From positions 3,072,001 to 3,136,000 of the forward strand of contig OY969811.1 of NCBI GenBank assembly GCA_963703315.1: a stretch of 64,000 bases of DNA, in the 5' to 3' direction. Made by a program: the position numbers and the translations under genes. Source of the DNA: an uncultured cyanobacterium. GTDB taxonomy: Bacteria; Cyanobacteriota; Cyanobacteriia; Pseudanabaenales; Pseudanabaenaceae. Shown here in pieces: positions 59,125-64,000 of the stretch (positions are counted from its first letter, which is position 1; each line of letters begins with the position of its first letter). The notes beneath the pieces were generated by a model. It made no database searches, was not told the origin of the DNA, and worked only from the letters and a program-made list of their open reading frames with translations.

Positions 59125-59985
59125 GTGGCGATCGAAGAATATACAAAACTGCTTGAACAAGGCGTGAATAGTTGGAATAAGTGGAGAGAGAATCATCCTG
59201 ATCTTCGGGGAGTCGATCTGAGCGAAATCCAACTAGAGGCGATCGATCTCACTGGGATTGACTTAAGTATGGCTAATCTTCGTGGTGCGAAACTACGCGA
59301 AGTTAATTTGTCATCGGCAAACTTGCGTGGAGCAGACTTGAGTATGGCAAATCTACGCGGAATAGATCTCAGTAGCGCCAATCTTAGTTCCGCGCAACTG
59401 AGTATGATTTGTCTGAGTGAGGCAAATCTCAGTCACGCTAATTTGAGTGGAGCCGACCTACGTGGCGCTAATCTCAGATTGTCTAAGCTGGATCATGCTG
59501 ATCTATCAAGGGTAAAGCTGAATATGTCGAGCTTAAATGGCGTTAGCATGATCGGCGCGATTCTGATTGGTGCAAATTTAAGTCGTGTGGAGTTACGAGA
59601 AGCAAATCTAGCAGGTACAGATTTTAGTAGAGCTAACTTGAGTGAGGCGGATCTGTCCCACAGTAATCTGAATGTGGCTACTTTGGTAGGTACAGATTTG
59701 ATTGGGGCAACGCTTGTAGATATTGATCTGAGCGAGTCAAATCTCTGTCGAGCTAATTTAATTGGCGCAAATCTCTATCGCGCAAATCTTTGTGGATGTG
59801 ATCTGATTGGGGCAGATTTGCGGGGGACAAATTGCAGTGAAGCTTATTTTATTGGGGCAGATTTAAGTCGCGCCGATCTCAACCGTGCTGAGTTTACTAG
59901 TGCCAATCTCAGTAAGACTAATTTTACGGGAGCAAATACTGAAACTACGGATTTTCAAGGCGCAATCTTACCTGATGTTTGGTAA
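59125..59985 (+). CDS. Pentapeptide repeat protein
   Basis: GVNSWNKWR N-terminus, continuous A[DN]Lxx repeats. Confidence 0.93.
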   Translation: MAIEEYTKLLEQGVNSWNKWRENHPDLRGVDLSEIQLEAIDLTGIDLSMANLRGAKLREVNLSSANLRGADLSMANLRGIDLSSANLSSAQLSMICLSEANLSHANLSGADLRGANLRLSKLDHADLSRVKLNMSSLNGVSMIGAILIGANLSRVELREANLAGTDFSRANLSEADLSHSNLNVATLVGTDLIGATLVDIDLSESNLCRANLIGANLYRANLCGCDLIGADLRGTNCSEAYFIGADLSRADLNRAEFTSANLSKTNFTGANTETTDFQGAILPDVW

Positions 59986-60000
59986 TACCAACCCAGTAAG

Positions 60001-60063
60001 GGCATATCTATAAATTTTTTGTGGTGCGGCTTCGCCGCACCACAAAAAATTTATAGATATGCC
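60001..60063. terminator. Perfect 30-bp palindrome mirroring the last codons of the M23 gene
   Basis: ggcatatctataaattttttgtggtgcggc-ttc-gccgcaccacaaaaaatttatagatatgcc. Confidence 0.85.
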
Positions 60064-61325
60064 GCAGGATCGATCGGCTCACCATTAGCCCGTAACTCAA
60101 AGTGTAAGTGGGGACCTGTGGAAAATCCTGTGGAACCAACAGCCGCGATCGGTTGACCTTTGACAACAGCATCACCATCTTTGACATATAGCTCGCTACA
60201 GTGAGCATAGAGCGTCGTCATGCCATTCCCATGATCGATGATGACGGCATTGCCATAGCCACCATACCAGTCTGCGTAAATGACTCTGCCTTGGGCGCTC
60301 GCATAGATCAAGCTGCCAGTGTCTGCACCAAAGTCGATTCCTGAGTGAAATCTCTCCGTGCCGAGAATGGGATGTGTGCGCCAACCAAAATTGCTGGTAA
60401 CTTCGCCAATTGTGGGATACATCAGTTGTCCTGTCCCAGGGGGCAAGATTAAGCCAGAGTAAGGCTGGACTTTTGCGATGATGATTTGGGAAAGGCGACG
60501 AGAGTCTTCGGCTAGACGATCTTCGGCTTGTTCTAGGGCTTTACGATCGCTTTTTAAACGCTCAATCGTATTTTGTTGAGCAGCCGCCTCCGCTTCAATA
60601 TTCGATTTTTGATATTTCAGTTTTTGGGTTAATAGTTCAATCTCATTTTTTTGAGCAACTATTTGATTACGTTGCTTATCGACACGCTGCGATTTTTGGG
60701 TCAAATCACTAAGTAATTTGCGATCGCTGTCATAAATACGTTCAATCTGACGGCGGCGATCGGCAAACTGATTCAGATCGCGACTGCTGAGCAGCGTTAC
60801 CCACCATCTTTGTAATTGTTGTCGTTGTAAATAACGCAACCGTGCCGAGGTGGCATCCCGTTTTTTATTGAGGTCGTACTCTAGTTCTTGGAGCTTGGCA
60901 CTGAGAGTTTGTAACTGATTTCTGGCTTGACGGATTTTCTTCTCATTGTCTTGAATTTGGGCTTCGGTGACCCGCACGTTTTTTCTGAGCGCTGCTAGTC
61001 GAGACTCCGCAGGTTTTGTGAGCGCATTAATTTGTTCTTGTTGTTTTTGTAAGATTTGGCGCTGTTGATCGACAAAATTCTGGTAGTTTTTTAGCTCATC
61101 TACCGATTGCGCTTGGGCTGGTAACACTTGGAGCAAAGTTAAGCAGCAAGCGATCGCCACAACTACAAGTACTAATGTGAGGAACCGTCGCACAAGGAGA
61201 TGCCCAAAAGGTAAATGCCCAAAAGTCTGATCAATCCGATCAATATTTGAGGGTGTTTGGTAATTGCTCGAATATTTACCCGAATATTTGTCAGTTATAT
61301 TTTGCCAATGACGGCGATCGCGCAT
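60051..61325 (-). CDS. EnvC-like coiled-coil M23 peptidase
   Basis: HSGIDFG, GGYGNAVIIDH, TLYAH, STGPHLHFE. Confidence 0.92.
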   Translation of the reverse strand: MRDRRHWQNITDKYSGKYSSNYQTPSNIDRIDQTFGHLPFGHLLVRRFLTLVLVVVAIACCLTLLQVLPAQAQSVDELKNYQNFVDQQRQILQKQQEQINALTKPAESRLAALRKNVRVTEAQIQDNEKKIRQARNQLQTLSAKLQELEYDLNKKRDATSARLRYLQRQQLQRWWVTLLSSRDLNQFADRRRQIERIYDSDRKLLSDLTQKSQRVDKQRNQIVAQKNEIELLTQKLKYQKSNIEAEAAAQQNTIERLKSDRKALEQAEDRLAEDSRRLSQIIIAKVQPYSGLILPPGTGQLMYPTIGEVTSNFGWRTHPILGTERFHSGIDFGADTGSLIYASAQGRVIYADWYGGYGNAVIIDHGNGMTTLYAHCSELYVKDGDAVVKGQPIAAVGSTGFSTGPHLHFELRANGEPIDPAAYL

Positions 61326-61499
61326 TCAGTCCACCAAGTATCCACGAACTAGGGCAAGATTTTAACCGTATTTTGCCATTAATAAAAGTCTATCTTTGGC
61401 TGAGGTTTCAATCTCGCGCCCCACAGTCTTTTATGGCTGTCGCCAGTTTTAAGAGAGTGGCGGCGCAAAGCGCCGCCACTCCCATTTTGAAAATTAAAA

Positions 61500-63215
61500 C
61501 CCACATTCCGCTCGTAATGGAAGGGTAAAATAATTAACTAAAGGTAAGGCACAAGAGCAAAAAGAGGAGGCAGGTATTAATACAGAGATGAAAGTAACGA
61601 ACCTAGACCATCTAGGGATCGTGGCAGGAATCATCGACGAGATGGGAATCGTGGAAGAAATAAACACGATAATCGGGAGAAGCTCAAGAGAAAAAGTAAG
61701 TGCAGGGGTAATTGTCAAAGCCATGCTAATGAATGGATTAGGATTTGTATCAGCCCCCCTGTATATGTTTAGTAAATTTTTTGAAGGAAAACCAGCCGAG
61801 CACTTATTGGGGGAAGGGATAACAGCCGAACAAATCAATGATGACCGCATCGGTAAAGTACTGGATGACTTACATGAAGCAGGACTGAGTGAGACATTTT
61901 TAGGAATCAGCCTGAAAGCAGTAGCGAAATACGATGTCAAGGTAGAAACAGGACATATAGACTCAACCTCATTTCACGTAGATGGGGAATATGGCAGAGA
62001 GGAAGAAGGGAGTATCGAAATCACACACGGATATTCACGCGACCATCGCCCCAACCTGAAGCAATTTATGATGAACCTGATCTGTGTAGGAGATGGAGAC
62101 ATTCCCGTAATGATGGAAGTGGTAAGTGGAAATCAAGCCGACAAAGCAAGATTTGCAGGACTATTACAAGAATTCAAAACCCAGTGGACATTTGAGGGAA
62201 TATGCGTAGGCGATGCAGCGCTATACAGTGAAGAAAATCTGGTAGCAATGACAGGACTAAAATGGCTAACCCGAGTGCCATTAAGCATCAAAACTGCAAG
62301 TGACTTAGTGTCAAGCACAACTGACCTACAAGAAAGTAAATTTAAGGGATACAGGACAGCCGAAACTGTGAGTGAGTATGGTGGTGTAAGACAGAGATGG
62401 ATTTTAGTTGATAGCCAAGCAAGACGTAAATCAGACATCAAAAAGTTAGACAAAAAGCTTGAGCAAGTCCAGCAAAAATGTCATCAAGATTTACACACTT
62501 TGGCGGGACAAGATTTTGCCTGTGCTGCTGACGCGATCGCTGCTGCTGAAAAATTATCAACCAAGATGAAATGGCATCAACTCGACCATATTCAGGCAGT
62601 AGAAAAACCACATTATGCGAAACGGGGTAAGCCACAACCTGATGCTATACCCACCAGCATTAGTTATCGGATTACTGCAACGGTGATTCCTATAGACTCA
62701 GAAATCTTGGCTCAGCAACAGCGTTGTGGCAGGTTTATTTTAGCCACGAATATTCTTGATTCCTTACAATTCACGGCTGATGATGCTTTACGGGAATACA
62801 AGGCTCAGCAGAGCACTGAGCGTGGTTTTCGTTTCCTCAAAGATCCTTTGTTTTTTACTTCGAGTGTTTTTCTCAAGTCTGCTAAACGCATTGAGGCTTT
62901 GGGCATGATTATGGCACTGTGCTTGCTCGTTTATAATTTAGCCCAACGTCAACTCAGACTTGCCTTAGCCATCGCTCAAGATACTATTCCTAATCAATTG
63001 GGTAAACCCACTAATTCGCCAACTTTGCGTTGGATTTTTCAATGTTTTATGGCGGTTCATTTAGTTTCTTTTCAGGGACTCACTCAAGTTGTTAATTTGT
63101 CTCCTCTTCGGATTCACATTTTGAATTTCTTTTCTCCCTCCTGCCAACGCTACTATTTGCTCCCTGCTCCTGTTTCGTAATTGTTTTTTTTCTTCCATTA
63201 CGAGCGGAATGTGGG
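61500..63215 (+). mobile_element. IS1634-family insertion sequence (1716 bp)
   Basis: Perfect 24-bp TIR CCCACATTCCGCTCGTAATGGAAG; 6-bp TSD TTAAAA at 61494-61499 and 63216-63221. Confidence 0.93.
61588..63180 (+). CDS. IS1634-family DDE transposase
   Basis: NLDHLGIVAG, HIDSTSF, GYSRDHRP, GDAALY, YKAQQSTERGFRFLK. Confidence 0.95.
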   Translation: MKVTNLDHLGIVAGIIDEMGIVEEINTIIGRSSREKVSAGVIVKAMLMNGLGFVSAPLYMFSKFFEGKPAEHLLGEGITAEQINDDRIGKVLDDLHEAGLSETFLGISLKAVAKYDVKVETGHIDSTSFHVDGEYGREEEGSIEITHGYSRDHRPNLKQFMMNLICVGDGDIPVMMEVVSGNQADKARFAGLLQEFKTQWTFEGICVGDAALYSEENLVAMTGLKWLTRVPLSIKTASDLVSSTTDLQESKFKGYRTAETVSEYGGVRQRWILVDSQARRKSDIKKLDKKLEQVQQKCHQDLHTLAGQDFACAADAIAAAEKLSTKMKWHQLDHIQAVEKPHYAKRGKPQPDAIPTSISYRITATVIPIDSEILAQQQRCGRFILATNILDSLQFTADDALREYKAQQSTERGFRFLKDPLFFTSSVFLKSAKRIEALGMIMALCLLVYNLAQRQLRLALAIAQDTIPNQLGKPTNSPTLRWIFQCFMAVHLVSFQGLTQVVNLSPLRIHILNFFSPSCQRYYLLPAPVS

Positions 63216-63319
63216 TTAAAACCCAGTAGCGCACGCGCAGCGTGCGCTACTGGGTTTTAATTACGCTGAGGTACTTAGACAATCGTAACTATCAATTCTT
63301 AACTTTTAATAACATTTCT

Positions 63320-63333
63320 GTATCTTTTAATAC
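63320..63333 (+). promoter_or_regulatory. Possible NtcA site (GTA-N8-TAC)
   Basis: gta-tcttttaa-tac; correctly spaced -10 not evident. Confidence 0.3.
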
Positions 63334-63444
63334 CGAACTGTACATATTTACTGTTTTCATGACATACTTGATCAAGCTAATAAACTTAGCTCTTAATAAA
63401 CAGCATTTAGCAAATTAATTTAAATACGGATTTAGTAAAACTGC

Positions 63445-63708
63445 TTGAAAAATTGCAGAGATAAAGCTATGACAACCACTACGCACCAATATCAGTCTCA
63501 CACCACTAAGAATATTCGGCTGTCTCATTATCCTCAATGCTTACAACCATTGCCTTCTACATGGGTAACATTGCTAGAGCCACCCGCATCTACTTGCTAT
63601 GACGAAGCATTGTTAATGTGTCAATATCCTGATGGGCATTGGGCTGCATGGATACCTGATTTTGGTGATATCAAACTACATTCAGGGCAGTTTTGTCGGA
63701 TGTCATAG
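63445..63708 (+). CDS. Small conserved hypothetical protein (start probably MTTT at 63469)
   Basis: WVTLLEPP..YDEALLMCQ...WAAWIPDFG. Confidence 0.7.
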   Translation: MKNCRDKAMTTTTHQYQSHTTKNIRLSHYPQCLQPLPSTWVTLLEPPASTCYDEALLMCQYPDGHWAAWIPDFGDIKLHSGQFCRMS

Positions 63709-63754
63709 AAAAAGGGAAAGGGCGCTAAGCGCCCTTTCCCTTTTTCTATGACAT
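63700..63754. terminator. Perfect 26-bp palindrome mirroring the last codons of the upstream ORF
   Basis: atgtcatagaaaaagggaaagggcgc-taa-gcgccctttccctttttctatgacat. Confidence 0.85.
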
Positions 63755-63790
63755 AGTGAATGGATAAATTGCTAGATAATTTCCCCAATC

Positions 63791-64000
63791 ATGACGAAGC
63801 TGCTTAAAATCCATATATGGATTCCCGAACTCTTTGTCAGTAAAGGTGGGATTCAGGTTTTTTCGGGTTTTTTATTACAAGCGATTCAGACAATCTATCC
63901 ACAGGTAAAGCTAACTGTAGTTCTCAAAAATGATACGAATGAGGTAGTTAGCCAAAATTGCGATCGCCTTGCCGAAATTCAAACCTATTGTTGCGGTGCA
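63791..64000 (+). CDS. Probable GT4 glycosyltransferase, N-terminal part; runs off the window
   Basis: MTKLLKIHIWIPELFVSKGGIQVFS... open to the window end. Confidence 0.55.
   Translation, partial: MTKLLKIHIWIPELFVSKGGIQVFSGFLLQAIQTIYPQVKLTVVLKNDTNEVVSQNCDRLAEIQTYCCGA

Noticed and set aside
61494..62635. Antisense ORFs within IS1634
   Set aside because: Shadows of the transposase with no motifs

Overview
Chromosomal window from a cyanobacterium. Evidence: psbK, chlM, ccsA, cruF, the ntcB-cnaT pair and very dense HIP1 octamers (GCGATCGC). A Pseudanabaena-like source is an inference only. The backbone is housekeeping genes (sufS, dprA, cysA, hemC, atpG, thiG, menA, sdhA, tRNA-Asp). Main points: (1) Two near-identical IS110/IS621-type elements sit head-to-head, one in each CT core at the ends of a ~180-bp GTAG-type REP doublet. 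Their non-coding left ends encode a readable bridge RNA whose four guides match the insertion target (TCTGCCC-CT-AC) and the element's own circle junction (ACAGTAT-CT-TGT). (2) A decaying toxin-antitoxin island at ~11.0-17.6 kb contains an IS1-family element that splits a hidden Mfd-N-terminus-like pseudogene. (3) An IS1634 element lies inside a palindromic repeat. (4) A pervasive family of palindromes shares a GC-NNN-GC triloop. The arms extend into and mirror neighbouring coding sequence, one copy is inserted in frame in a protein, and several nest as MITEs. No CRISPR array or rRNA is visible. All calls are by eye from sequence and motifs; no database searches were run.
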